In this document: piece by piece, positions 48,102 to 61,741 of the stretch
Layout of the letters: every line of letters begins with the position of its first letter
Position numbering within the stretch: the first letter of the stretch is position 1
Assembly: GCA_965649765.1 (NCBI GenBank)
Contig: OZ287750.1
Coordinates: 78,430,001 to 78,494,000 of the forward strand
Direction of reading: 5' to 3'
Source: Bispira polyomma
Taxonomy: Eukaryota
Length of the DNA: 64,000 nt
Program-made: the position numbers and the translations under genes
Notes under the pieces: generated by a model
Database searches by the model: none
What the model saw: the letters and a program-made list of their open reading frames with translations, nothing else
What the model was told of the DNA's origin: nothing

Positions 48102-49341
48102 TTAAATCATATTCTCTTGCCAGGGAACCTAACCGGCCACTGAGTTCATGTAGTGCCACAGGTAGAGTCTTTGCCTCTTTCCTGCCTGACTGGCCGCATT
48201 CCCACCTCTAGCTAAGTTCATGTTCATGTTCACCAACTCCTGGTCATTCCTTCATGCGCCACAACCAAGCCTGTGCTGGTCATCTTCAAGGTCGAGCAGT
48301 TCCTGGTGTACATCTATATATCTGCGCCTGAGGATATTGTGGAGTGTCACACAGGCTAACATGATGCTGGTGACAGTAGGTGATACCTGGGGCATGGTTG
48401 TCAGCAGACATCTGAACCGGTTGGCGAGTATCCCAAAGGCATTCTCAACAACACGCCTGGCCTTGACAATCTGTAGATCACAATGTAGATGCCTGCCACT
48501 GAAGGGCTTCATGAGCCAGGTTTTCAAAGAAAAGGCGTCATCTGCCAGCATGAAGTAAGGTGTGGGCCTGTCGTCACCTAGTAGCTCGTCTGCCGGTGGT
48601 AACCCCAGAGTATCCCCCTCCACGGATACCTTGAGGTCTGACCCATTGAAAATCTGGGCGTCAGAACAGCTGCCATTATACCCCACATCCAACCAGAGAA
48701 ATTGGTAGTCTCCGTCAACTAACACAAGCATTACTATGGAGTAAAAGCCTTTGTAACTGTACTACAACGAGCCAGAGTTGGGGGGGCATTTGACCGAGAC
48801 ATGCTTCCCATCCAAGGCCCCCACTGTATGTGGGAAGTTCCACTGCTCGGCGAGTACTTCCTCCTTCTGCTTCCAATCCTGGGGGATGTCTGGACGCTTC
48901 AGGACTTCTTGCTTGTAAGAGGAATATATGGCCTCACACACCAGCAGGACGAACAAGCAGATCGTGTTCTTGGCTACACAGAAGTTATACTGCATGCTTG
49001 CATAGGAGTCTCCAGTGACCAGATATCTCAAGGTCAGGTCTCCTTCTCTATCAGTGGAGTCACCCTCGCCAGCACTTCATTGAAGAGAGCAGGCTCCATC
49101 CTGATGTAGTTCTTAAAGGCCTGAAGATCTTCCAGGCACAGCTCGGCCAGCAGACTATCATTGTGGCCATAGACGGGCCTTCTGAGTAATCATGGCCTTA
49201 TGGAGAATCTCCTGTGGCACCTCACTCCGGCACGCTGCCTCATATGGACAAAGAGAACCACCTGGTTTTGGCGAATCCTTATCGTCTGTTGGAAGTTCAG
49301 GTGTGCCCGCAGAAGTTAGAGTTGCTGGTCATTTGGGCCAT
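48102..49341 (-). pseudogene. PIF/Harbinger DDE transposase (DDE_Tnp_4 type), disabled
   Basis: LRYLVTGDSY, WNFPHTVGALDGKH, DVGYNGSCSD, ADDAFSL, ARRVVENAFGILANRFR, ACVTLHN. Confidence 0.93.
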
Positions 49342-50144
49342 TTATCTTGAGCTAAAAATACCAAAACAGATTGAACAAATGTTTACAAAAAATCTCTATC
49401 TACCTATCTATATCTAAAAATCTATCTATATCTATATAATGGACAGTATGAAAATGTAGAAAAATGAAATGTAGAATCTCATTATAGAATCTGCATAGAT
49501 GTGTTCACTCTGACTTCTAGATGCGTTGTGAGGATGAGCTCGTTCTGGAGCTTGCTATTTATACAATTCTGTAGAACGCTTGAGAACCTCTCAAGACCGA
49601 GGCATGACCTTGTGAGGACCTAGCTTGGTCGGAACTCGAACTTGTGTGGTCGTGATAAAACCTGGGAGAACCTGAGAGAACTTAACCTGTGAGCACGTCT
49701 GAGAACTTAAGCAAACTGCTATGCTCAAGGCATAGCCGGGGCATCGCTGGGGCTTGAACCTGGACAAACTTGTGAGAACGTCTCAAGAACACCTGGGAAA
49801 CTTGTGTGAACTTGCATAGAACTTATAAGGATGGCTCAAGACCTTGGCTTTGCCGGGGCTTAGCCGGGACTCAAACTGGTGAGAACGTCTCATGAACTTA
49901 AGAAGACGTTACATTAATATTAATCATATGCAAATGAGCATTTTCACACATTCTGTCAAGTTCTATAGAACATGGGTAAACAGCTATGCCATGTGGAAAA
50001 CGCAGACAGTGTGAATGCACCATTAAGGTGATAATTCTTGGCTGTGGGTTATAATTCTAATGTATTGCAATTATTTTGTGCAGTAATCGAATTCTATGTG
50101 TATTTTGATAGAATGCAGTAGAACTTTTCGTTTTCTTGCCATAA

Positions 50145-50560
50145 TTTATGGGGTCACTATGAAAAGCATCTTCCTCACTCGTGTTGACTTTCTTCAAGTC
50201 CTTCTCTCTTAAGCATTATATGAAGGCTGTTTGACTTCACGAATAGATACTGGTGTGGAGAAGACTGATCCAATTCACAATGTGAATTCATAATGAGTTT
50301 CTGCATGGTTGATGAAGATAAAATACAAAGACTTGTGAGCCAGACCATCACTCGTGTAATTAATGTCAGCACCAATAGCTTAACTGCAAAAATTTTTAGT
50401 CACTGCGAAATGACTCATATGCTCTTGCCGAGTGCATCACGATTTCTTTGCTTACTCATTTTTGTAGATTTTGAATCATAGTGTCCTCGTATAGTACAAA
50501 CACACAGACACGCATACGATAAATGTACTGCAAGCATGCATTTTACAATGTGCGGTTTTC
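50145..50560 (+). repeat. Dispersed repeat, second copy at ~52675-52910
   Basis: ATGGGGTCACTATGAAAAGC...CTCACTCGT...TAGTGTCCTCGTA...TAAATG.ACTGCAAG shared. Confidence 0.75.
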
Positions 50561-50724
50561 GCAAAAGTCTAGGTATTGTCCTAAATCTAGCAGAAAAGTA
50601 TAATATATCTAAGACAAAGACTTGGCCTAGTCCTTTCGTGAATTACAGCCGAAGTACATCTACAAGATATTAAATTTAGTTGTCGATCTGAAAATTGACA
50701 AAGGTGAGTATTCACAGAGATCCA

Positions 50725-51365
50725 GGGGCCGTATTCACAAAAGGTCACCGTCTTCACTTAGTCCTAAGCTTAGGATTTTGGTCTTTGCCTTTTTGGCCTT
50801 AAATGTTAAGATTTTGATCTCAGTCTCAGTGACAATAAGAAAATATCTTTTCATGGTGTTAACTTTGCTCTTAACACTAAGACTAATGGTAGGCAATCTT
50901 AAATATTTTAGACATAACTGTAGACCAAAAATCTGTCCCTATTTAATGAGATTCCTTGCTGATATTTGGACCGCTGAATTACGAAAAGGGACAGAACGGC
51001 CTCCAAAAGCTAAACGTTGTAAATTTAACCTGACGTAACATGGCCGACAGTGTTAAACTGGTGTATGTGGTTTGGTTTTTATTTTATATTAATTTTTATG
51101 TACCATATCGGCATAAAATAACAGAAAATCAGCAACTATATCATATATAAGGAATAAGGGGATGTATTTATTTTTATCAGATTATATCTCTATATATGCC
51201 GATTTTGATTTACAACGTTTAGCTTATGGTAGCCATTCTGTCCCTTTTCGTGAGTCCGTCGTCAAAATAACAGCAAAGAATCTCGTTAAATAGGGACAGA
51301 TTATTCGGTCTAATATAACTGTTAAGCTTAAAACTAAAACTTAGACATTTTGTGAATATGGCTGC
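50725..51365. mobile_element. MITE with TIRs and a long internal inverted repeat
   Basis: GCCGTATTCACAAAA / TTTTGTGAATATGGC ends; 50930-51025 is the reverse complement of 51208-51302. Confidence 0.8.
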
Positions 51366-52199
51366 TTCGTTTCTTAAACTTTTTTTGTCTGAGCCAGTTT
51401 TATTGGTGGTTGAAAATGTTGTGGCAAAGAATTGAATTGACCAACACAAAGAAATTTATAATTATTACATTCTAAGAATGACCAAAAGGACTAGTGTCGC
51501 TTAGCCGGTCCTATTTCACATGATCTTAATATCAGGATCAGTTAAGTGCATGTAATGTAGGTTACTGTGTTGTTTTATAGTTGTTTTATCTTGTAACCGT
51601 TTATCATGTACATATATCACTTTTTTTACACCCCCTGGTGTGTTTATTTGCTTTTACCATGGATCCTTTGCGACTGAGCCCTTTTATGAATACCAGTCTA
51701 ATAGGGTATAGTTATTTAGTTTTTGGTGATGTTACTCTATTACATTTGTTACTTAGTTTTTAGTGATGACATTCTAATACATTTTTAATCTGGTCTCTTA
51801 TCACATCAATGTTAGCTAAAGTTATTCCCATTCCTTCCAGAAAGGAGCTAATGTTCTAATTCTTTATAGTATGCATATACTGTTATTAGCCATATTTATT
51901 CTGTTTATTGTTATTTCAATTTCTGTCCTATTTGCAAGAGAGATAACGAAAGAGCACACTGTGCCTCACCTCAATAATGTGCTTTAAAAATAAATAAAAA
52001 CAATATTTGTTAACTAAAGGGAGCCATTTTCCAATTATTTATAGCATGACTTTAACTCTTGTAAATATGTGTTTTATTTTAGTGAATATATTATCCATAT
52101 TTACCATTATTAGCTATACAATTTCTCTATTTCCCTTTTATAGCAATACATGTCCTATTTGCAGGAAAGATAATAGAAGGGTACACTGTAGAGAACATA

Positions 52200-52610
52200 C
52201 CTTGGTGTAGCTAATGAGTTTGGTGTAACTAATGAGTTTATTGTAACTAATAAGCTTGGTCGAGCTCCTTGGTGTAGCTAATGAGATTGGTGAAACTCCT
52301 TGGGTTAGCTTATAAGTTTGGTGGAATCTCTTGGTGTAGCTAATAAGTTTAGTGGAACCCCTTGGTTTAGCTAATAAGTTTGGTGTAATCTCTTTGTTTA
52401 GCTAATAAGTTTGGTGAAGTTCCTTGGTGCAACTAATAAGTTTGGTGGAGTTCCTTGGTTTAGCTAATAAGTTTGGTGGAATCTCTTTGTTTAGCTAATA
52501 AGTTTGGTGGAATCCCTTGGTTTAGCTAATAAGTTTGGTGAAGTTCCTTGGTGTAACTAATAAGTTTGGTGGAGTTCCTTGGTGTAACTAATAAGTTTGG
52601 TAAAGCTAAT
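52200..52610. repeat. 30-bp minisatellite, ~14 copies, resuming at 52908-53015
   Basis: CTAATAAGTTTGGTGGA.T.CCTTGGT.TAG period 30. Confidence 0.92.
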
Positions 52611-53640
52611 ACATTATGAGTGTTTTAAACGAGTGCATTATAAGTGCGGTAAAAGTATTTTTCGAAGTATGTTGTATTACATGGGGTCACTATGAAAAGC
52701 TGCGTCCTCACTCGTTGATTGATGGCAGCACAAATATCTTAACAGCAGACTTTTTAGCTATTGTGAAATGACTCTCTCGCACTTACCAAGTGCAATAAGA
52801 TTTTTATTTGCTTACTCGTTATATACCTTACAGTAAGAAACATTAGATGGACGTTTGAATTATAGTGTCCTCGTACAGTACACACACACATCATAAATGG
52901 ACTGCAAGGTAATAAGTTTGGTGGAGTTTCTTGGCGTAACTAATGAGTTTAGTGGAGCTCCTTGGTGGAGCTAATAAGTTTGGGGGGGCCCCTTTGCAGA
53001 ATTAATAAGTTTGACTAATGAGGGTATAGTGCCCAAATTGCATTTGCAAAGAATTAGTAAATCAAGCAGCTAGTGCAAGTTTAGTTAGAATCTCATACTT
53101 TTATTGGACAAGGCTTTTCCCCGTATCCAAAATCCTACTGGCTTCTCCATTCCGCTGACCCATGCCTGTCCAATAGTTATCCAAAATTTAATAAGTATTT
53201 CGCTATAAAAGTTAGACTAGATTAGATTTTTAAAGTAAAGTGGTTTTTTTGAACTTCCTCCATAAACATATACTCCTAATCAAAAAATAAATTCAGAATT
53301 TGCTCTTCTATCTAGCTAGATCTACTCCCAATTTACATGGATTCTTCTTCACCAATTTCATGTAAAATCAGTTCACTAATTTTGCATAATGATGGTGACA
53401 AACAAAACAGCAACAAGAAGAAACTACATGACCTACTTGGCAGAGATAACGAGAAAAAAACTGTTGCTGTTGTTCAGATATATCACTTGGTATATCTGAT
53501 AAGATACATTTTACATCTTTAACGATGCTCCTTAACTGATAAGTCAATAACAAGTGCTGTTTTATGTGTGTAAAACTTTAGGGTACCATTTTAGTAGTAA
53601 AACAATGAAATACATACTTCCAATGGGTTAAGTATCAGAC

Positions 53641-53886
53641 CTCTTGAGACATGAAAAGCGCCCCTATTTCAACATACATACCTGCACGTATACATGAAAT
53701 CTGATCGGGAATGTTTGCAAATACAATAATAAGAAATAACACAACAGAGTAGAATATGGTCGCCTCTTGAGACATGAAAAGCGCCCCTATTTCAACGTAC
53801 ATACCTGCACGTATACATGAAATCTGATCGGCAATGTTTGCAAATACAAAAATAAGAAATAACACAACAGAGTAGAATATGGTCGC
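53641..53886. repeat. 123-bp tandem duplication downstream of the RGN stop
   Basis: CTCTTGAGACATGAAAAGCGCCCC at 53641 and 53764. Confidence 0.9.
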
Positions 53887-54004
53887 CCAGTAAAATATAT
53901 ACCTCCGCCAAGGTGGAACAGTGTAAATATAGAATAAAACAATCCTGGAAAACATCTTTCAACTTCTACTAATTCTACGTATCATGCCCCATATTTTTTG
54001 AAAA

Positions 54005-54207
54005 TCATCCATACATGCACCCTGGTAAACCTCTGACTCCTGTACCAGTCACTTTAAACAGGGAGCCAGCGTTTGGTTGTTGACCTTTCTTTGCTGGGTC
54101 TCTTACTGCCGCACATGTCACAAAGAGTTCGCTGTAATCTTTCCCGCCAAAACAGCATGAGGTGGTTTCCATTTGTCCAGGAAGGGTAACAGAACTGATC
54201 TCTTTAC
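54005..54207 (-). CDS. RGN: RGN coding exon 6 (terminal)
   Basis: TTSCCFGGKDYSELFVT...AGSLFKVTGTGVRG; TGTTAG acceptor; TGA stop. Confidence 0.92.
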
Positions 54208-57200
54208 CTAACACAAAAACAATGTATTGCAATATGTATGAGTATGATATGATTATTTTTGAATGCCCCTAATTGATGCCACGCATCTTCTGAAGGACAA
54301 CATCATTGGTAAACGTGCTATCAAATACTTGTAAAATACTCCTTTCAACCGTACTATCCAAAGTAATTTAGCCCACAATACGCCCCACAAAATACTTGTT
54401 TTTAACCATGGTCCCCAGGTTGGGGTTGGATCCCAGTCCTATGTTTTGACCTGCCAGTGTGCCAGTTTATTACCCTTCTGCTTTAAGTGGCAAATGAAGG
54501 TAGATGCTTTGTGTTGCTTCTTTCAAATTAGATAATTTAATTATAATGTAACCATAACAGCTTATCAAATATTTTTTTCAAATGTGTAGGTTTAAAGTTT
54601 AGCTATCACTACTATTGAGGTCTCAGCTGACAAATCTATACCCAAGCCTAAATTCTTCCACTTGTCAATAAATTGTTTTCTCTAAGCTTCCTATTAGTAG
54701 TAAGCATACTTGCCATGCTGCAACATATGGCACAATGACTAACACTGAGCCTGGGTTTTCTTTCAGCAGACTCCAACGTCGGCTGATTTATTAACATCAA
54801 ATCCAATTAGATTTTTTTTTTCTTCATTTTTGTTTAAAAATCGGACAGACCTCCCGATTTTTTGGCTCCCTGACTAATAAATTATGATGGGGATTAGATG
54901 TCGGCCGACACTTGGTAATATTCAGTAATGACCGATAAAATCGGCCCACATCGCTAAAAACATGCTGAAAGGAAACCTAGGCTAACAGACCAGGTACCCA
55001 TTTATACAACTGGGCAGAGAGGGACAACTTTATGTGAAGGAACTTGTTCAATAGTACAATCTCCAGACCTGCAAGGAGATTAGATCTTACGATGCTCTGA
55101 TCTAAGGTCTAATAGTCTAACCTCTAGACCACAGTTTATATGGTAAAATTTAATGGTCAAAATCAGGGTTATCAATGTTTTCTCTTTTTGCTACTCTAGC
55201 AGTTCTTGCACACACTGTCTATTTCTTTCAGTGCCAACAAACAAATTCGTCCATAAAGTAGACATTGTTCAGGCAACAAATGAAGGTGTAATCAGGTACT
55301 TGGTTACAGGTATTCGGGTAGCAGTCTCACGGGCTGATACCCGATACCTGTTGAGATCACTATAAACAATTATTCAATCACCATTGCAGTTACTTTTTAT
55401 ACCTGTTTCCGGATCAATCCGGAAGACCTTTCCAGAGTTATAGACTGCCACCCACAGCTTTCCTTCACAATCCACTGTCATGCCATCGGGAAAGCACTTC
55501 ACTCCATCAACAACTGAATCCACAGACCACACCACGCGTTTGTTTGCTGAAAAGAGTAATGAAAATGAGTCCTGTGATGTATGTGTGTGTTTTTTTTCAT
55601 GTTGCTCATTGAATGATTAAATCCAATGCTTTAAAAAAATTGTATCAACATCCATATGTGTAGTATTTTTCTTAGTATCACTATAATATTATCATGTATG
55701 AAATAACGAGCCAGTGTTAATTGTTTCAGTCTCCCAAGAGCATTATTCAGTAAAAATATGCAATACACAATTCAAGATGGCAGCCAAGATGGTAAATTAA
55801 TACCCTACAGGGTTGAACATAAGTTGAAAATTGTTTCCGACAATTTGTGATCATTTATGTATAAGTCTCAAAAATTGACCTTAAACTTAAAATTCATTGG
55901 TATACTTCTTTTAGCCTGATCGATTTAATAAAGCCAGACTGTTGTTAAATAGTAAAGTATACCTGGTAAGTTGTCTCTCCTTACCTAATCATCTAATACC
56001 TTCATATGATACTCACTCATATTTCCAGAATTCAAGTCAAAGTCATAGGCATACACCTGGACCAAGGGTGTATCTATGAAGTACATGATGCTGTTATCTG
56101 GACTCCAACCTAGCCCATTGGCCAGGCTGACTTTATCTAATCTCTTCTTGATACTACCATCAGTTTCTACTGTATATAGGCCACTCTCCTCCTTAGGCAG
56201 TGTGAAAGCGTTGTTCCCAGGGGTCACCAGTGGCATGGTTCCTGTGAATTGGAAGAATTTACACTTACCCTTTTAACCCCATGAGAAAACGATTGGCAGG
56301 AAGTGAAGGATAATTATTGGGAATAGGTAGACCGAATTTTCTGTCCTTGACAATGCTTTGGTTACCTGACGGTACGCAGGACTAGGGACAGAGTTGTTTA
56401 CTATAGCAAAACGTTGTAAATCTGACATGGCAGTTTATTCTGTTCGCTTCAACGGGAAAAATATGTCAATATTTTCAAATAATGATATTTTATTAATTAG
56501 GCTGGCCATAAGTTATAATAATGTGTACGGCTATTGGATGAATCAATATAACAACAAACTACATGGGAAAATTATTCTGTTTGTCTGTTATATGTGCCGT
56601 TGCACATTTACAACGATTTGCTATTGTAAACAACTCTGATTCTCACCATGCGTACATCAGTAAAAATTAAAGCATTGTCGAGGACAGAATACTCGGTCTA
56701 GAGAATAGGTGACAGATAACTGTCACTAAAATTCACTAAAATACAAATAGGGAAATCTGATGTACTAACAATTTTCTATTGTGAGGAACTGAAGAAAAAT
56801 AAATTAGTAGTATTTGGGTTTTGACTAATTACCGACATATATAGGTTCTGGAAGTAACAAATGCTGTATTTAGATTTTTGATATATAGCAAGATAGCAGA
56901 TACACTGGGTTTTAATTTGATTTTATGCTTATTAATTGTCGCTTTGAAACACTGCTTGTGATTGGTAGTTTATTGGTGGTTGAAAGCACAAGGTAGTTGG
57001 CTTATAGCAAGTATTATTTTAACCTTCTCATATACATGCTGTAGTTGGGATTCCACTGTAGAGGTCAGCCTTCAGCAAGTCTATACCAACTTTTAAATGC
57101 CACATCAGATAGTCAAATTGATGATGGCAGGGGGAAAGATGAGTATTTGAGTCTTTCCACTACACCACCTTTCTGCATGACTCTTTAATATGCAATCAAT

Positions 57201-60200
57201 AAATAGAAGGTTCTTATTCATTTAATGCACTTGTCAGTTTTAAGTTAAACTGTAGAAACAAGGTCCACAATTGTATGGCCATTCTACAGAAATATGGAGA
57301 TTTCAATAATGTTTGTAGACTATTTAGACAGAGTCTGCTGCTCTACACCATACCTGCCCAGAATCTGCCTGACACATCACACTTGCCATCATTGAACCTG
57401 TGTCCCATACCTTGCTCCACCTGGTGTAACTTGGTGACTTGATTGGTGTCCCAGTCCAGGTGAGCTATACTCTCCATACTACTGATCATATAGCCGCCCT
57501 TCTTACTGGGCACTACAATAGCCACCGGATCATCTGGAACATCATTAAGATATATTTTGGACAAGTGTTAATATAGGGGGAACCAGCAGGATCCTTTTTA
57601 AAAATTTTGGAGCGGAAACAAAGATGAGTCTAACAACCCAAATGTTCACATTTGTGTTTATAATATATGCTGGGAGTGGACCGCCCAACCCCTTTCAGAA
57701 TATCATCAATAGACATTGTTGACAAAATATGGCTATTCCTTTTTGAAAAGTTCAAGCATGATTCAGTGTCTTAGGACATGGATTCTCTAAATAATTTAGC
57801 TCAGTCTCAAACTCAACTTAAATTTAGTCTATGTGCCACCCTCTATACAAAAATAGCCAGTAAACATTCATTTTATAAGAGCTTTCAGTGCTGAATTCTA
57901 ATATGAAATCAGAATCTAACCTAGGTGGGTGGCGTGTGTACTTTGAGAGATATGGCGTTTTTTATTTAACGCTTAAGACAATTTCAAAACTTGATCTCAG
58001 CATTGCTACTGCGCGTTTCTTCCTAACTAAGTTTATATGTTAGTAGCTTCTTGCCTCTTTTTTTATAGAATTTTTGCCTTTGACTGGGGTGTTTTTACCT
58101 ATTTATGGGTTTTCTTCCCTAGTCTGCTATATTATCTCTCACATTCTCCATGTTTTTATGCATATCCCGCCTACCATATTTTGACATCAATACTGTGTTT
58201 TAGTTATGTTTTAAAATGCACATACAACATCGTGCAAACCCTCATGTTAAAAACCCATTGATTCCATTGCTTACTCCTCTTTGTGTTGATGCCAACATTA
58301 GCCCTGGTCCTCTCTCAACCTAACTCAAAATTGGTGCTTCAATGCTACATCAATTGGAAAGAAGGTGCCATCGGTCATTGCTCAATTATAACCCATGACC
58401 TATTTGTGGGATGCATGTCCGAGACTTGGCTGAAAAGCCAGGATGCCCCATCTTTCTTTTTCTAAAATTATGTCTTCTGGCTACAAAACTGTTTCACTTT
58501 CATAGGCTCTATATTCTCAGAGGTGGAGTTGGCATCTATTTTTAAAAAAAATAGCCTGTGTCACCAAAGACTTTAACAGCCTTTCAGGCACTTCAAATTC
58601 TCACAATTTATCTCTCTAGTCCTACCCATCTCCACATTCACATCTTCGACCTCATTGTTGCGCGACCAAAGTCCAAACTGATAAATGATGTCTGGGTCAC
58701 AGAAGGGGTGTCAGACCATCTTGCCACGTTCGCCCATCTTACAATTCTGTTTGTAACTCTTCTGTTGTTGCCTTTCAAAAGATACTTCTCATTAATTAGG
58801 CACGTTACAAATGCAGAATACAATACAACTATACTTACATTTGAGCTTGACTCTGAGCTGAGCTTGAGCTGAGCTCGAGTTATTTTTACCTGCGATATGT
58901 TTCACCTCATCTGCTCCTGTCTTATAATCCCATCTATGTATATCCCCTGCCACAATGTCCACATACAAGACTCTCTGGTTGGCTTCATCCCAGTGAGGAC
59001 CTTCTCCAACAGTCCTAATACAGGACAAATGAAAGTTGTCTTTTAAAAAAGACACCCCTCAGTTTGGACTAAATTGTATTTCAAAGATTTTTTTTTGCTA
59101 ATTTTAATTGAGTTTTATTCTTTCTGTTGGTTCAATTCACAAATGGATGTTGTATGTACAAAATAACAAAGTTACATAATTATGTAATATTTTAATATGT
59201 ATATGTTGTATTTACCAGACTAAGTAATACCAAATTTAGAAAGTAACACTGATAATACAACTAGAAGGTCACATAGTAGAGTGCATACCTCTATCACGGT
59301 GCCACAGCGAAAATACATTCTTGGCCTTTGCCCTATTCTTCCACCAAATTTCGTGTAAATCAGTTTAGTAGCTCTTACTGACAAAAAAACTCAAAAAATA
59401 ACCTACCAAAGGAAACAAACAAAAACCTGAGCTGATTTGGTGGATATATAATTTTGTAGACATTCTAGAAAATATGTCATTATTCCAAAAAAGTACATGT
59501 AGAAAAAATACATATTCAAGCTGGTGAAATAACAGATAATAAGTACAAGTACTATGTATTATATATCTGAAGTGAATTAGGTACTGGATATTGGCTAATC
59601 AAGTAGGTTGTTGCGCTTTAGAAGATGCCTTGCCTCAATAAAGAACGTTAAAATTATATATTACAATACAATTTCTGATGTAAGGTCTAAGTGACACATG
59701 CAAAGTAATGGCAGGCGATCAAGGCACAGATTGACAAGATTTACCAAGAATAGCCGAGATTTGCTAATCCGTGAGTATATATGAATAAATGTGAGTAATC
59801 GTGGAAAAATATCCTCAAAATTGGCAAAGGTTTATATCTGCAAGGATACCTATTTGGTTTCTTGCAAGATTTTTGTGTCATTGCATTGTTCTATATATTG
59901 TTAACGGTTTATTGATGCAATGTATCTTCTAAAGCATGACAACCAAATCAATCAACCAGTCATGTATCCTACAAGATATTCTGTTTCATCATTGAGCATA
60001 GGGTCGAGTTGAACAGGGGACCTTCCTATCACCAGTTCAACTCCATCACTGGGAATTGAACCGGGGACTTATGGATCAGCAGTCCAACTCCCCCACTTGG
60101 AGTTGAACCAGAGACTTCTGATCACCAGACCAACACCCTAGCCACTAGGCCATGGGAAAACACGGGAAATAAATGTTTTACCACTAACCTGCAGGTATTT

Positions 60201-60223
60201 TTGGCCACAACCTCTACATTCAT
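54005..60223 (-). CDS. RGN: Regucalcin / SMP30 (gluconolactonase, SMP-30/LRE family), 6 coding exons, 303 aa
   Basis: Exons 60189-60223, 58890-59014, 57354-57533, 56017-56241, 55403-55546, 54005-54207 all GT-AG and phase-compatible, 912 nt; motifs GEGPHWD, RFNDGKCD.SGRFWAGTM, ANGLGWSPD, PDGMTVDCEGKLWVA, TSCCFGG..YSELFVT. Confidence 0.95.
54988..55135 (-). mobile_element. Decayed tRNA-derived SINE (CORE-like), same family as 61608-61710
   Basis: Reverse complement TGTGGTCTAGAGGTTAG...TGCAGGTCTGGAGATTGTAC...ATAAATGGGTACCTGG. Confidence 0.7.
55403..55546 (-). CDS. RGN: RGN coding exon 5
   Basis: FPDGMTVDCEGKLWVAVYNSGKVFRIDPET; TTTCAG acceptor, GTATAA donor. Confidence 0.92.
56017..56241 (-). 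CDS. RGN: RGN coding exon 4
   Basis: GTM...ANGLGWSPDNSIMYFIDT; TCACAG acceptor, GTGAGT donor. Confidence 0.92.
57354..57533 (-). CDS. RGN: RGN coding exon 3
   Basis: RFNDGKCDVSGRFWA; TTCCAG acceptor, GTATGG donor. Confidence 0.92.
57990..58745 (+). mobile_element. Decayed L2 5' region / APE fragment in RGN intron 2
   Basis: SETWL, IFDLIVARP, WVTEGVSDHLATFA match the L2 at 5799-6270. Confidence 0.8.
58890..59014 (-). CDS. RGN: RGN coding exon 2
   Basis: TVGEGPHWDEANQRVLYVDI; TATTAG acceptor, GTAAAA donor. Confidence 0.92.
59588..59670 (+). mobile_element. L2 3' tail stub
   Basis: TTGCGCTTTAGAAGATGCCT..CAATAAAG..CGTTAAAA matches 8510-8555. Confidence 0.7.
59895..60155 (-). mobile_element. 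Candidate tRNA-derived SINE with L2-like tail
   Basis: Minus strand: A box TGGCCTAGTGG, B boxes GGTTCAACTCC / GGTTCAATTCC, then ATGCTTTAGAAGAT..GCATCAATAAA. Confidence 0.6.
60189..60223 (-). CDS. RGN: RGN coding exon 1 (MNVEVVAKNTC)
   Basis: ATG at 60223, donor GTTAGT, phase 2 matches exon 2. Confidence 0.8.
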
Positions 60224-61607
60224 TCTGTTGCTGATCCGAACTTAATTTTACCAAAAATAAACAAAGTAATAAACAAACAATATAAAAATGAAAGTCACTT
60301 AGATGTAAGCAGAAAGCAGTGTGTTGAATATGTTGTAATATATTTGTGTCCCGAAAAGGCTGAAACTATAAATGAATGAGTGTCAGGAAAGCATTCTCCT
60401 TATATTGTTGACATTATTAATAATACAATATTTTTTATAGTATATTAATGTAGTAAAAATACATTAAATGTAACGACTGTAGTGTTTATCTATGCAATTC
60501 ACAAATCTGTTCTGAAGTAGCTTTTCTGCATGCAGAAAATTAACTGGCCTTCTGAAGGCTGAATAGAAACCCGTAGTTGGGCCATCCCCAATATGTTGCG
60601 TTCATAGCATTTTTTTGACAGCAAAAGGTGCAGCTAAAAGGTTTTGGTCATTCCCCCTAAGTGATGTAAAATGACACCTGGGATTCTCCCATTTAAAAGG
60701 TGTCCACTATTTACAACAGTGTACAGTTCTTTATGTCATTAAAGATAACCACAACAAGAGTTGTCTTTTGTAAAAGACATTGGTGCACAGTGTGGATTGA
60801 CACCCTCCCCCCTCAGTTAGGCTGGGTCAATTGCTTCCACCCAATACACGAAGGCCTTACATATTATTACGAAAATGGCAGCCATATAAATCTGACAGAC
60901 CCCTCAGTTTGGCCGGTTCAATTGCTTCCAACCAAGCTATGAAGGGTGTTACATACTTTCAACATGGCCGCGCCCTTTTCAGAATGATTGTTAAAGTGTA
61001 AGTTTAGTAGGTTAAGGTCCTTCGGACTCATCCTTTTTTCAGGACAGAAAACCAAAGTAGACCCTATCCTATAAGAAGATGATCTAGAGTGGCCATTTAT
61101 AAAAAAACTCCCCAAGAGGAGTACAGTACCCCAATGACAGATGGCCGTAATCACCAGAATTTTATGTATTTGTCTGTACCAGAGAATTTTAAGGCTAGGA
61201 AGGGACTACAGTAGTGTAACACTCTTCTAACGCTCTTGTAACACTCCCACCGAGTCCGGCATGTGGGAAATGTTGGTTGTACACTGACCAAAAATTCAAT
61301 AATTAGCTGTTCATAAACCTGGAACGACCACCTTATTCTGTTTTCCTGCACCAATAAGTTAGCTTAACCCATCGTGATATAATAAACAGATGTCTTTACC
61401 AGGTCACTAGAAACTTTTCTTGTAAAGTAATACGTACCCAGATGTTAATTAATGTCATGGTATTATTACACAACACTTAAGCCTGAAACAAGGCTAATAA
61501 GCAGTAAGCAACATATCATCATTATATTTTACATCGGTACATATTTTATTCAACTGGGCCATTCATTTTGTTACACAGTTTTTCATTCAATGTTATGTTA
61601 ATGTTCT

Positions 61608-61710
61608 CTGTGGTCCAGTGATTAGAGTGTCAGACTTTGGATCTCAGGCATCTTAAGAGCCCAGGTTCGATCCTCGCTGCAGGCCTGGAGATTGTACCCT
61701 TGGACAAAAA
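61608..61710 (+). mobile_element. tRNA-derived SINE 5' part (CORE-like start)
   Basis: TGGTCCAGTGATTAG A box, GGTTCGATCC B box, TGTACCCTTGGACAA. Confidence 0.72.
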
Positions 61711-61741
61711 TGTATTGTAACTTGAGTGACTTTCAAGTTAA

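Larger units (their letters stand above)
45000..50022. mobile_element. PIF/Harbinger element (convergent MADF and transposase genes); right terminus visible, left uncertain
   Basis: CAGTGTGAATGCACCA ending 50022 followed by TTA; GAGAAC-rich subterminal repeats 49570-49900. Confidence 0.65.

Noticed and set aside
52200-52610. CRISPR-like 30-bp periodic array
   Set aside because: The variable parts are related to each other, not unique spacers; eukaryotic context, no cas genes. It is a minisatellite.
53635-53955. Hydrophobic 106-aa ORF as a membrane protein
   Set aside because: Arises from the 123-bp tandem duplication; no recognisable family.
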